DNA of 64,000 bases from the human T2T-CHM13v2.0 reference genome, Homo sapiens. This document shows, in pieces, positions 13,331 to 28,332 of the stretch (positions are counted from its first letter, which is position 1; every line of letters starts with the position of its first letter). The stretch is from NCBI RefSeq assembly GCF_009914755.1, contig NC_060942.1, one strand, 5' to 3'. A program made the position numbers and the translations under genes. The notes beneath the pieces were generated by a model. The model ran no database searches. It saw nothing but the letters and a program-made list of their open reading frames with translations, and was not told the origin of the DNA.

Positions 13331-14614
13331 GGTTGATGAGTCTTTGGGTGTAAGCTGAGACCTGGAAAGCAAGCAGAACTGATATCCCAGCCAGCTCATT
13401 CAGTAGGGTCAAGCAAGGAGCTAGTGAGACCAGAGCCATGACTGTGACCTCTGGTGTTTGTGTTACATCAAGACAGCCTCTTTTTTTGGCTTCCAATTGT
13501 ACCCCTAAGCCTGTCCAGCTGGACTTGAAATTGGTCACAGACAATTGGTCACAGGCAAAAGAGTGTGGGTAGCTGGGGGAAAATTTATCATTAGGCTTGA
13601 GGTTGCATTTCAGAGCACACGGCCTTCTGATGGGAGGCTGGGAAAACATTTTTGTGTGTAAGTGATGATGGTGCATGGTTGCCAGAGGCTGAGGAGTGAT
13701 GAACGTGGAATGTTAGTCATGCCCTATCTTTGAGTGATAGAGGATATACTAAAGAAGGCAGAATGCCTGCCCATCCCAAATAGCCCACAGGAACATGGAA
13801 TATGGACTTCATGAGTTAGCACACATAGATCCTTTTTCAGCTCTGCATGCAGATGTGAGGTCATGGATGTGATGCACCCAGGCAAGTCTTCACTCTCCCG
13901 CCAGACCCTTAACACGCTGTCCCTCGGGCCATTTCCAATTCAGAAAGTCTTGTATTAGAGAAAGAGAATATTGGGCTTGAAATAAGAAGATCAAGATTCT
14001 GGATCAAGTCTTTCATTGACACTCACTAGCTAGAGAAGCCGTTGCACTGAGTCTACAATTCCTGAGCTAAAAGTTTGGGATAATCTCTGCCTTCTTGAAT
14101 TTATGTGGTTGTTGTGAGGATAAATTGACACATACCACACAAACATGGAAGTGCTTCATGCATTTTCAAAAAATACGTGATTGAAAAAATATACAAATGG
14201 TGATATAACATAAAACCCAAGGAACATAAGAAAATACATAGGTAAAATTGTTGATATTTTTGTGCCCCAAATTCTGTAAGACTTTTGGATAAAATAATTG
14301 GAGACATATATGACACCATTCAACCCACAACAGCCATATTCCTAGCAAGTACTGCATCGATGTTCAGGCATCCGTCTTTAGAATATACGGACATCTAACT
14401 CCCTTTGTCTTCAGATTTGGGAACCCAGTGAAGTAAAACCTAAAGCCAAGTCTCCTGTAATATCCCCTTATACAAATACTAAATTATTTTAAAACTACAT
14501 AAAAATTTTGACAAGCAGCATGGAGCTGCTCTTCCCTCAGCAAGTTTCTAAAGATGGCAAAGAAGTAACCCTCTCTTTTTTAGTTTTTACATAATTTAAA
14601 AAATATTTAATCCT

Positions 14615-14955
<341 letters not shown>

Positions 14956-15403
14956 TCATGTACCATTACTTGAATGATCCTTAACATTCTAGCACTCTTG
15001 TTCCATCTATTTTCCTGCACCAAAAACACAAACACAAAACACTCAGACCTGCTTTGAAATATTCCAGGAAAACAAATATATTTTACTTCTAAATATGAAG
15101 TGACCTCTTCTTGTCATTGGAGTTCAGGCCATATTTGACCTTCCTCTGTGCAGACAGCAGGTGGGGTTAACAATGAGAAGCCTCATCTCTGCTCTTGAGT
15201 GGCAGCTGGATGGGTCTAAAAAACTTAGCTATTTGTAAAGAATAAATCCTGTCCCCTTCAAAATCCATGTCTACTCTTATCTCTCTTCTAAAACTTCTCT
15301 GAAGTTAAGGGAAGCTGTAACATTCCAATCAACTAATGTGGTGGATTTACTTTGTTTTCATACTGCTGGATTTCTCCTTGGCAATCAGTTCTGGTTTCAA
15401 ATA

Positions 15404-15728
15404 CAGTTGGCCCTCTGTATCTGTGGGTTATACATCTGTAGATTCAACCAACTGTGGATCAAAAATATTTGAAAAAAAATTGAACCTGTACTAAACATGT
15501 ACAAACTTCTTTTCTTGTCGCTATTCCCTATACAACATAACTATTTATATAGAATTTACATGTATTAGGTATTATAAGTAATCTAAAGATAATTAAAGTT
15601 ACATGGAAGGATGTGTATAGGTTATATGAAAATACTACACCATTTTATATAAGAGAGTTGAGTATCCATGGATTTTGGTATCCGTGGGAGGTCTTGCCCA
15701 ATCTCCCACAAATACTAAGGAATGACTG
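15404..15728 (+). mobile_element. MER2 (TcMar-Tigger) non-autonomous DNA transposon
   Basis: TA-CAGTTGGCCCTCTGTATCTGTGGG ... GAATGACTG-TA; terminal inverted repeats and TA duplication visible. Confidence 0.85.
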
Positions 15729-18194
15729 TATATTATTGTGCCCACTAATAATTAAGGACCAGGTCCTGGATGGTTCCTGTAGGAACTTCTTTCAAGAGAC
15801 TTCCAAAATAGTAGAAGAGAGGAAATAAGACAAATACATAACCATACATCAAAGAGAATTAAAAACCCAAAGAGGAATAAAAAATTGCAAAGTTGAGTCA
15901 AAGTCTCAATCCAGGTTGACAACTGCTATCTTGGCCTGCAGAGACATTTTTGGAATTATGGTTCCTAAACTAAGTCCAGAGCTTAGATTGAAATAAAAGT
16001 GCTGGCAACCATTGGGGTGACACAATTTTGTACAAGGAGAACAACATAAGGGCTTGGTCCTGGTGACATTTGCAAGTGAATTTCCCAGCCACTTTTCTCA
16101 AGATTCAGACCGCCTTTGGGAGCAAATGCAGTCATTCAGATCCTGACTATTAGTCTTTCTATTTCAAAGTTCTTTCCTGAAGAATTCATAAAAATGCAGC
16201 TGGGGTAAATGGGCTGAAATCTCCTGAGCTACACAGCTCTGGCAATTTATCATTCAGCAAGGCTTTTCTCCAACTCAATTTGGCTTTTTTCTCTTTGCTA
16301 ATAATAGAGTGTTTAGGGTGGTTTGTGGTTTCAGGTTATCTCCTTCCTCAGCCAAATTATACTCCCAAATGCATCAGTATCTTCTGGGGAATCATATCCA
16401 TTGACAGAAGAAGTTATTTGCCTTCTCAGAGGATCAAGCAGAGGAGTCTGGAACCCAGAGATGAAAATATTTAGATAGAGGCAAAAAAAAATCCTTATTT
16501 GTAATAGTGGCTACAGTATGCAATAAAGCCAGTGACTGACTCCAAGAGTAAATCTGTAGGAGTTATTATACTAGAAAAGAGATACTTGGGAAAGAGTCAT
16601 AATACAGGTAGGAGCTATCTAACAGAAATTTTTAAGGGTATTTTCTTGAAATTCAAAGCATGGTTTAATGCCCTTTAATTTGTATTGACAGTATAATTTA
16701 TATTCTACAATATGCCTAGAAAATAACAGTAGATCTGTACCAGAACTGGTCTTGAGAAATATTGTAGAGTCAGTAAATTGCAATCAGTTAACTCATGAAT
16801 CTTTACTGAAGGCTCATGAAGAACATCACCTCTTTGCTAGGCATGGCGGGAAGTTTGAAGGGGTGTAAACTCCTGCTCTGTCTAAAGGAGCTTATGCCAC
16901 TTATAGCCAACTAGTCTTTAATACGCCTTGTCAAATTAGAAGGCAAGGTTAAGCTAAAGTTTGTGCTTATTTTGGGCAAGAGGATCTTGACTCCATTCAT
17001 TAATTTAATAAGTGTTTATTGAGTGCCAAGCACTGAGCTCTGTACTAAGCCCACCCAGTATTGACACCTATTAATAATAATCTTTGGAATGTTTTTTAAC
17101 TTAAAAAGTGTCTGTTGAAATTGATGAAGCCCAATTTTATAATGAGAACTATATATAGTTTACTGTACATGGTGGTATACCATACAAACAGGTTCTGACA
17201 TTAGTCTCAGTTTCTTCTTGTGGAAACTAATAATTTAAGGTAAAGGGACTATTTCTGGCATCCTATTTGTTCAGCATCCTATTCAAAAGCCTGTGTTGCT
17301 TTTGTTCCTTGAGGTGTGGGCAATGCTGAATGGTTTGCTCCAGGATTTGTAGGTAATCAGTGATATAATAGAAGAAATTATATAAAAATTTAATCGCAGT
17401 CATTGCCCTTTATTGTAAGTGGAAGTCTGCATATTAGGACCCCAAAGAACAATTGCATTTTGCTTTGTCTATTGAATGAGAATTTCCTGTTAACCCTCCA
17501 TTACAAACACTTTAGACCCCAACCAGTAGCATGAGGAAGCACTGGAGACATTGGGGATGTGCATGCAGTAGCCACATGTTTCAGTTCATGTGACAGCCAC
17601 ATATATTCCTCTTTTTTGTTTTGTAATTCTGGAAACTTCCTGTACTACAGTGGCAGTAGTAAAAGAAGTTAGCAAATTCCCATTACACCACCTGAAGAAT
17701 AAGAAAGAAAGTTCTTAAGCACTTTTGTCACAATAACGTATAAATGTATTTACTTCTGTGGGTCCATCTTGGTCTGTAAAATCACAGAACTTTGGAAATT
17801 ATCTTTTGAATGTACATTCTAGATGACCCCTCACATTTAGAACCCATTTTGCCTTGATCTTTCTTTTCTTTTATCCATAAAATAGGTTAAAAATTTTTGC
17901 TCCTCTGTGTCCTGGAGTTGTCCTGAGGAGTAAATGAGTCAGTAGCTGTGAGATGCTGGGAGCAAGCCTGCAGCACAGGTAGCCCTAGGTGAATGGTGAC
18001 TGTGATTGGCATTCATCTTTTCTTTGGGATCTGCACACCACAGAGCAGGTGCCCCCCAACGCCTGCTGGCGGAGGGGTCTACCCAGAAAGCCCTGTGTTC
18101 TGCCTGTCTCTTCCACCTCCCTCTTCTCGCTAAATGTTCACCTCCTGACTTGGTACTGAAGTGCTCCCACAAGAATTTTGGTGAATGAGTGTGC

Positions 18195-18600
18195 AGTTTT
18201 TATTTACATATGTATATATTTAAACAGCTGTACAGAAGTACAATTAATATAAAATAAATTGCACTTATTAAAGTATGCAATTTGCTACCATCACCACAAT
18301 CAAAATAATGAAGTATCTATCTTCCCCCCAAATTATCTTATGCCCCTTTGTCATCCCTCCTTTCCATCCTTCCTACTCCTTTTCCTCCCCTGCCACCCAC
18401 TCCAAGCAGCCTCTGATCAGCTTTTTGTCACAACAGATGACTTTGCCCTTGCTAGAGTTTCGTATAAATGGAATCAACACAGTGTGGCATCTTTTTCATT
18501 CTTTCCTTCTTTTATTTCTTTTTGTCTAGCTTCTTTTACTTAGCAAGATTACTTTGAGATACATCTAAGTTGTTGTATGTGTAAATTAGATGCTTTTTTG
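18195..18600 (-). mobile_element. L1M (MC/ME-type) 3' fragment
   Basis: 'accatcaccacaatcaaaata...ctctgatcagctttttgtcac...tataaatggaatca' antisense L1M 3' UTR. Confidence 0.75.
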
Positions 18601-20672
18601 AGGACATCTATTGAAGGTAGATTGATTGACTGCAGTAGAGGAAGGAGGCATAAACACTATTATATGCAGGTATGAGAATGCAAAGTGTTTTGTATCCTGG
18701 GTGTAACCACCAGTCTTTCATGCCTCACATCATTCATTTAAGCCATAAGAATAGATGTCAATAAAGATGGCTCTCAGCAATAAAGACAAGAACAACTTGT
18801 GGTGAGTATTCTCTATTTAAGAAGACATGGAAATACAGAATATACCCTATAGAAATTTCCAAAATAGCTAGAATTATTTTGAATTTTGAAGGCTAAGGAA
18901 GTCACCCTAAGAAACCTGAAAAACTTCCCTTGCCAGAATGATTCATTCCCCACAGGTTCTGAGCTGCCAAGGTTTTACTGCATTTTACTTGTAGGGTTTC
19001 CTCTTCCAGCCAGGAAAGGAGGAGCCTCTCCCTGATTCATTGGATAAATGGCTCCTTTCAGAGGAAGGTGCTAAATTCTTGCTGGTTCCCTGGCCAGAAC
19101 AGGTAGATGAAGCGCTGGGCTTCCTCAGCATCTTTGCAAGCTTAATGGGGCGATAACGAGGAGAAAATGGCTTAATCTGTGTTTTGGCCTCCTTCTCGCC
19201 AAGCTGGTTGGAATGAGAGAGGCTGTAACTTTGGAAAACCTAGTCATAAAATAGGTTTTTTAACGTGGCTGTTTTTGGCAGGTTTAGAAAGACCCTAAAG
19301 GAGCAAGTGCCTGCCAGCTTTTGCTTTGAAAATGGACCAATTAATTAGAAAAATGAGGGGTAGCAAAGGAGATGCAACATGTACCACCTGGACACCCACT
19401 TTCTTGTTGCCTTGTTCATAAGGAAAACACTTAAAAGAAGTGAATCCAAAAGAAAACAAAAGGGTATTTGAACTGGGAAAATGTCCTCTGGGCAGTAGCC
19501 TAACTGGATATAAAAGTTGAGGGATAGACCCTTGAGAAAAGGAGCTTTACAGGGGAAGCAGCAGGGAACCCTAATTAACATCAGCCTGCCATAGTTAATA
19601 ATTCTGCACTGGGCAGGAGGCTGGGCCAGGTGATCTCGGAGGGCCCTTTCTCCCACTGAGATCCTAAGATGCTGATATTTACAGCACAATATTCAGAACC
19701 TAGAAATCAACTGCTCTCTGGTGGTGCACCTAGTAATGTCTCTCATTTCATCAGTTTTCCCCCTGGATCTTGCCTCTGTCCCCCTGTTACCTCATCGCCA
19801 ACAGAGCAGGAAGAGTACATTCATAGATCCCTGAGTCACATCTGGAGGATATGTATTGGCCTCCAGCCCTGGGCAGATGTTCTGGGATTGTTCCTCTGGT
19901 CCCATATTTCACATGGAAATGTAACAATAACTGCCTATGATGGCTCCTAGTTTCATCCATCACCAAAACTAAATCTACAGCCTGGAATTCAGCATCCTTC
20001 ATCAACTGGCCTCTGTCTTTCCTCACAGCCCAAATGCATGGAGGCTCAAGGTCTATTGGTTCAGGTTCTTAAGTCAATTGATTGACCAGCAAGTATTTAC
20101 TGAGTATACAATATGCATTTACCTTGGGGTCAGGCTGTTAAAGTGGCTCCAATGGAAGGGGAATACATTTCCACACTCAGGATGTTTATAGCCTAGTTTT
20201 TTTTTTTAAGTGTGCATACAAAAATATTTAGAAAAAAAAAACCCCTTAGATTATATAACCGTGTATTGGGTTGTATACCTCCAGCTCTAAGCAGGATGGG
20301 AGTTCAGAATAGGAACTCAGAAGGGCTGGAGTAGCCAGGAGACTTTGGCTATGAGGAGTACTTGAACTAGGCTTGGAAGGATGAGAATAAATTAGGATGG
20401 GGAATATGAAGGAGGGTCAATTTGGTAGAGGAGACCAACATGCAAAGAGGCATGAAATTCCTTGCAAACTGACCCATGCCGATTATTTAGTTATGGTTTG
20501 TAGATACTGGTTGCCTCAGAAGTAAAAGGTAGAAGAGGGATAAATGCCAGTTTTCCCACTAACTTGCTTCCAGGTAATAATTTACCAAGTAGTTAGCCCT
20601 CCATGTAGTACTCAATTCTGCCATATGCACACAAGTTTATTAGCAGACAAGTATGAAAACAGTCACACAACC

Positions 20673-21944
<1,272 letters not shown>

Positions 21945-22139
21945 ACCCTGTCAGCAACATGGGTCCTGTCCCTCTGTCCTCGTGTGAAAACGTGCACTGA
22001 AGCAGATGCAGCAATATTCTTGTGGCACAGTTCTGGTGACCTAATCTGATAAGGAAAGATAGGGGACCGATTGGGTTCCTAACCCCAGGGACACCATTCC
22101 AAAGTGACAACAAAATTGCTCTCACTAGATTCTTATACC

Positions 22140-22572
<433 letters not shown>

Positions 22573-22753
22573 TAACAAAGCCACTGGTCATAACGAGAAA
22601 TAAAGAAAGCTGAATGCCTGCAGTAGGTGCCTCTGGAGCTACAGTTTCTGATTTGAGTTTTTAAAATACTAACTATGCACCTCTGAAGTATGCAGTCCTT
22701 ATTAAGGAACTACACATACTCATCAATCACCTCTAGGGTATAGATTAAAATGA

Positions 22754-22784
<31 letters not shown>

Positions 22785-22786
22785 CA
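22754..22786. repeat. (CA)n microsatellite, interrupted
   Basis: Directly visible. Confidence 0.9.
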
Positions 22787-22996
22787 TTCATTATGCTATC
22801 TGCATTTTGAAGTAAATCGCAAACAATATAACTACATGGAGAAGAGAATGACCTGGATTGTGGACAATGAAAAGAGCATCAGCTGAGCAATGGATGGTGG
22901 GAAGAAAGGAAAGAGCAGGTTGTGTGGGCAGGTTTTTGGCAGATTGGTGATGCATTGGATTCCAGGCTGAGCAGGTTTGATGGCATAGTCCATGGG

Positions 22997-23125
22997 TAGG
23001 GTGACCATATAATTTATTGTCCAAAGGGGGACACTTCAGAGAGCAAAAGGATGCACTGTTAATAGTGCCAGGACAACTGATGTAAACTGGTACTGTCCTA
23101 GGAAAACAAGGCATATGGTCAGCTT
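22997..23125 (+). mobile_element. MER81 (hAT-Blackjack) MITE
   Basis: 'tagggtgaccatataatttattgtccaaa...catatggtcagctt' with terminal inverted repeats. Confidence 0.8.
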
Positions 23126-24493
23126 CGCTGTGGTCATGGGATTAAAGCATAAGGAAAACGTGAAGAAGCTGATGAAACTGCATTTGAAGATGACTCATCC
23201 ATCAGATATTAGAGCATAGCCTCTGCTTACCTGGGCACAGAAAAGAGTCCTGGGTGGCTTGGTAGGTCACATGTGCTATCTGAAAAGGAAACTCCCTTTC
23301 ATTATGCTTTGATTAATTCTCTCACACTTACCCATCTATGGCCAGCATGGAACCCTACCTTTCTCAGAGCAGCATTTCTGAACATGTTCATCATCTCCAA
23401 ATTTTGGCTTGTCCAGAAGCAATTACATGACAGGAAAAAAATTACCTCTCTTACCATTTTGCTTATGCAACCTTGGGCAGTTACTTATCTGGACCTAAGA
23501 TTTAGAAATGACTGTGTGCTGATGGAGGGCTTTTCTCTATGTTATCTCATTCCTCCTGATCGCCCTGAGAAGTACATGCCCTGCCCATCTGTCAAAGGAG
23601 GAGACAAATAGCTGCCATACTTTTATTCCAGAGTTTGTGAAGATAAAGGGAGGTGAGAAATTCCCAGAAAAGTCAGAGAATTTGTTGTCCTGATTATGAA
23701 GGTAGAGTATCTCTGATATTCAATCGGAGTCCATCATAGAATGCCTAACAGAAAAGTCTTACCAATGTAAGTAATTCAAGGTATATTTGCTCTGGATCCT
23801 AAAGCAAGTTAATGGTAAAAATTACAATACAACTTTCCTGGTCTTTTGTAGGCTAGAGATTCTGAATTGAAAGCATTCTTTCTCTGCAATAATTGGTAGA
23901 GTAATGAACTATAAGCTGTAACCACAAACACTGTGTTTGTCAGAAAGGGGATCCTGTAGTATGGAGAAAAGAGTACTGGTGTGGAAGAAACCTTGAGTTC
24001 TGGTTCCTGCGATGGCCCTTTATGTGTGTCACTTTGGGCAAATCACAGCATGGGTAAGGGTGAAGCCACCCTTCACAACCTGCAACCCCAAAGGGTGGTC
24101 CCTGCTGGGAACAAATACAGTCAATGAAGGATTAGACCACAGGTTGGCCAGTCCCTTAACAATAGAGTTGCTGTATTGGAGAAGATAAGAAAAACAATTC
24201 TGAGCCATCCTCCTGTCATCCAGCCAGGAAGTCCATCTCAGATCAAGGCCCCAAGGGTGGCTGTAGAAAGGCTTGAATCATTTCTTTGCATGAATAGACA
24301 ACTGACCAAGATTGTGGTTTATTTTTTCAATATATAGCCTCAGGCATTTCTCATATTTATTTGTTTCTGAACACGTATTTATTAAGCATCTACCACTTCC
24401 TTCCTAGGCACTGTTAAGTCCGGTGGGCCAAGTGTAAAGCAAAAAATTAACAAACAACCCTCAAAGACCTTATAATCGATGGAGGATAAAATA

Positions 24494-24791
24494 GAATTGA
24501 TCTTCATTATTTGCCAGTTCCATATTTGCAAATTTGCCTGCTCACTAAAATGTATTGGTAACCTCATTTGCAGTCATGCACAGAGTGGTGAAAAATTACG
24601 GTGGCCTGAAAAGAAAGTTCCCAGCTGAGGTTTACCAGAGTGACACTGACTTGTTTAATCTCTCCTCCTATAAACAAATGTCTCTTTCACATTCTATTTG
24701 GTGCCACACATGTTCTCATTTTTGCACATTTTGTTGGTGAATTCACTTTTTTAAATGGCCCCCAAGCCTAGTGTTGAAACACTGTCTAGTA

Positions 24792-24823
<32 letters not shown>

Positions 24824-25417
24824 GAGATGGACTTTTACTTGGCCACCTAGTGGTGTGGTCTCGGCTCCCTGCAACCTCTGCCTGCTGGGTTCAAGCAATT
24901 CTCCTGCCTCAGCATCCCGAGTTGCTGGAACTATAGGTGCCACCACACCTGGCTAATTTTTGTATTTTTAATAAAGACAGGTTTCACCATGTTGGCCAGA
25001 CTGATCTCAAACTCCTGACCTCAAGTGATCTGCCTCCCTTTGCCTCCCAAAGTGCTGGGATTACAGGCACGAGCCACCACGCCTGATCCCACTGTCTAGT
25101 ATTTCTAAGCACAAGAAGGCTGTGATGTGTCTTACAAAGAAAATATGTATTAGGCAAGCTTTGTTCAGCCTGGAGTTATAGTGTTGTTCACCATAAATTT
25201 AATATTAATGAATTAAAATATGTATTAAATACAGCATCTTTAAACAGAGGCATGCATAAGACAAGGTTATGTATTGATTGGTTGATAAAAATACTGTGAC
25301 CAGAGGCTTACAATGAAGTAGCTGTACATTTCCCCTAGGAACGAGGTTCGGTATTCGCTAATTCAGGATTTATGGCAACATTGTTGAACAGAACTGTGAA
25401 TAATGATAATCAACTCT
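24494..25417 (+). mobile_element. MER82 (TcMar-Tigger) relic, interrupted by an Alu
   Basis: 'ttgatcttcattatttg...catatttgcaaatttgcctgctcactaaaa' start and 'tgaataatgataatcaact' end. Confidence 0.75.
24796..25089 (-). mobile_element. Alu SINE (AluS) with a rearranged 3' end
   Basis: Alu consensus, long T tract; TSD CACTGTCTAGTATT at 24780-24793 and 25090-25103. Confidence 0.95.
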
Positions 25418-25439
25418 GTTAACTAAAATAATAATAATA

Positions 25440-25960
25440 AAGGAATGCAGCTCTGAACAGTTTCTGACACTATGAGGTTAGGGTGACCAGATGAGACGTT
25501 GCTGGATAAGGGCTTGAGCTGAGATATGGCAGATAAGAAGAAGGGAAGTAGAAGAGTGTCTGGAAGGCAGGAACAGCAGGGGGATTCCTTTGAAAGAAGA
25601 GACAGCAGATCTGTGTAGCTGGGCTTGAGAGTGAGGGAGGATGTGTGGTTTAAAGTCAAGGGCAGAGACGTGAACACGGGCCAGTCCATGCTGGGACTTG
25701 GAGAATTTTAATTTAGAACAAAAGGGTTATGGTCAGACTGATATTTTGAGGAGGTCATTTTTGCTGAAATGTGGAGAATATAACTCAGAGCAACCAGATG
25801 AATGCAGGGAGCCCAAGAAAAGGTTATTGCTAGTGTCTTGCAGAAAGATAATGTTTGTTTGCACCACAATATTGATGACTAGGATGGAGAAATTCAACTA
25901 TTCAAGACATACTTAGGAGGTAAATTGAGCCAGACTTGGTGTTGAACTGAATATGGAAAG
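25440..25960 (-). mobile_element. L2 LINE fragment
   Basis: Purine-rich degenerate L2 sequence ending 'ggaggtaaa...agacttggtg'. Confidence 0.55.
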
Positions 25961-27439
25961 ATAATCATGAATTATTCCTAACGTCCAAGACCTTTCCATG
26001 ACAATGCAATCTAGTGACTGGTGATTCTCTGAAACTTGAGCTCTGTCCTTGGAAGAAATATAGAACTTCCAGATCTACTTCTAGTTATAGAACTATTTCC
26101 AGAGCAGGAAGCTCCAGGTCTACCAATCCCTGTGTAACCATTATTCAGACCTTTAATCAGTCTTTCTTTGATACCTGGATTACAAACTCCGAACCATTGT
26201 CCCTGTTCTCCAAAACCCTGATGAGTTGCCAAGACTAGCAGTAGCGGGAGGCCAGAAAACTGGATAGAGGAACCTAAATCTGGGTGGCACAACCTACCTG
26301 AGTTAGTCCTATCCATGCTGCTGCTGAAAACTGTTCTCTCTGCTTTTTTTTTTTTTTTTTTTCCTCATAAGCAAAACCCTAACCCAACTCCAAGGGAAGC
26401 TCCTCAAAGTTACCTTCATTTATTGAAGGTTGCATTGTGTCTCTCTCTCAGCTCTGAGACTCTGCATCTGAAATGAGTCCCACAGAGGAGATGTGTTATT
26501 TTATTTGGGCTGCCTTGTGCCTGCCAGTATGTAGTTTCAGGTGATCAGAGGTAACCAATGCTAGGGCGTCGGGGTGCTGCATGATGGTCCCCTTGTTGGT
26601 TGAATGCTCCCATGACAGTCTCTTTCTCTCCTCTCACCTCACTACTCCTCCCTCCTGTGACCCCCTGACGTGCTACTGTGACACAGGGAGAGTTCGAAGC
26701 ACTCCAGAGCCACAGGATTCCATGTCTCTCCATCCAATTAAAATGTTTTACTATCTTCCCTTTTTATCTCGCCTTTGTAATTGGATTCCCAGTTTCTCAA
26801 TTTTCATGGCAGCAAAGGGAGGGGGAAGATGATAGCAATATCTGATAAAAATAAAATGCTATGATTTAATTTTGGCTGAAAGGATTCTCTCTTGCCTTTG
26901 TGAAGCCTTTGAAAGGATTCCTGAGTCCCTGACTCCATCAAATTGTGGCCCTGTGATTCCTTTGAGTAATCAAAGGGCCTTAGAAATTGCAGGCACCATG
27001 AGATCAAAAGAAATTTGAAATCACCGCCTGTACCAAATACATGAAGGATCCAGAAGGGACAATTTGTGGAGTGATGACAAGACTAGATTTTGTGTGACAG
27101 CAATATCTGATTATATGAGACCTCAGACACCCTGAAACTATAGTCCCTGGAGGGGAAGTAGGGAAACTGTATGAGGGCTCGTCTCCCAAGAAAGCAACAT
27201 TTGTGATGCAATTTGTGCATAAAAGCAGCTACAATTTGCTGGCCCAATAACTTTCATCAAAGTATGTGAAAGCCCTCTGTGTAATTGTCTAGTTAGAATT
27301 TGTCACAATCATTGTCATTATATTATTATCACTCCTACTATGCCCCATAGTACCTGACAATCTCCCATGTATCTCCTTCACTAAATCAATATACACTGAT
27401 CTATTCATTGGGGGACTACTTAATTTCTGTGAGTTTGAA

Positions 27440-27772
27440 CGCCAGTCCTCCAATACCACTTAGATGTCATTCAATTCAATTCTGACACTACCTGAAGTTC
27501 TCTAAGACCACATAAACAAAGGGTTCCATCCTGAAAGACTGCCCCAACTTCCAACACCAGCCAAAAGTCAGGGTAACCCCAAGTTCCGCTGGCTGGCTGG
27601 CTGGCTACAAATTCACAGCTTCCTATAACACCCTTAGTTTTGATAATTCCCTAAAACAACTCACAGAACTCGGAAAACTTCTATGTTCACAATTACTAGT
27701 TTGTTATAAATAATACAAATAAACAACCAGATGAAGAGACACTTAGAGCAGGGTCTAGAAGGGTTCAGACAG
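27440..27772 (-). mobile_element. MER21-family LTR fragment, truncated
   Basis: 'attcaattcaattctgacactacctg', 'aagactgcccc', 'ctcacagaactcggaaa' and 'ccagatgaagag' motifs. Confidence 0.7.
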
Positions 27773-27845
27773 GCAGATATTTTGGATGCAAGGGGGAAGA
27801 AGCAAATCCCAGAAACGTTGTCAAAAGGTTGGAGTCAGTAAGGTA

Positions 27846-28207
27846 CCTTATGATAAATAAATCTCCTAATAGGGTCTTATTTAAATAACACTGTGCTGGG
27901 AGTGAGGCAGAAATCAAAAGATGAACCATTAAGCCTAGTAATAGGAAAGTGGTGTGCGTCAGTGGCATTACTGCATCCCAAGAAGCCACATCAATTAGGC
28001 ACCTAATGCATGACCCGTCACGTAAACCAGTCCAGCCACACACCCCTCATGCTCTCACTATTGATTGTTGCCCAGATATTTGGAATTAAACTGAGCCTCC
28101 TAATTATCCAGCATGCAGAGCTGTGCTGGTCCTGCCATCAGGAGACTGAACCGTGGCCTCTTCCCAAGGAATTTCCCTCACTGTGATAAGCGTGCTGTCC
28201 CTGTGTC
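27846..28207 (-). repeat. Inverted copy (A') of unique segment 33593-33953
   Basis: Hand alignment to the reverse complement gives ~14 substitutions + 1 indel in ~362 bp (~96%). The ORF-track peptides at 27765..28043(-) and 33757..33990(+) are near-identical for this reason. Confidence 0.97.
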
Positions 28208-28332
28208 TCTGAAGAAAGTGTTGGACGTGCAGTATGATCCATGATAGCCTGAGACAGTGTGTAATGGAGTTTCACCATGTTCTGCCCAATTTCTCTGTGT
28301 TCCTTGTGCATTCTTGTTCATAAAGGTGCTTC
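28204..28332 (+). repeat. Direct copy (B') of unique segment 32220-32348
   Basis: Ungapped hand alignment at offset 4016; ~12 mismatches in 129 bp (~91%). Confidence 0.95.

Noticed and set aside
27846-28332. Composite as a 5'-inverted (twin-primed) retrocopy of a spliced RNA
   Set aside because: No poly(A) tail, and the donor boundaries lack convincing splice sites; DNA-level template switching fits better, though a retrocopy is not formally excluded.
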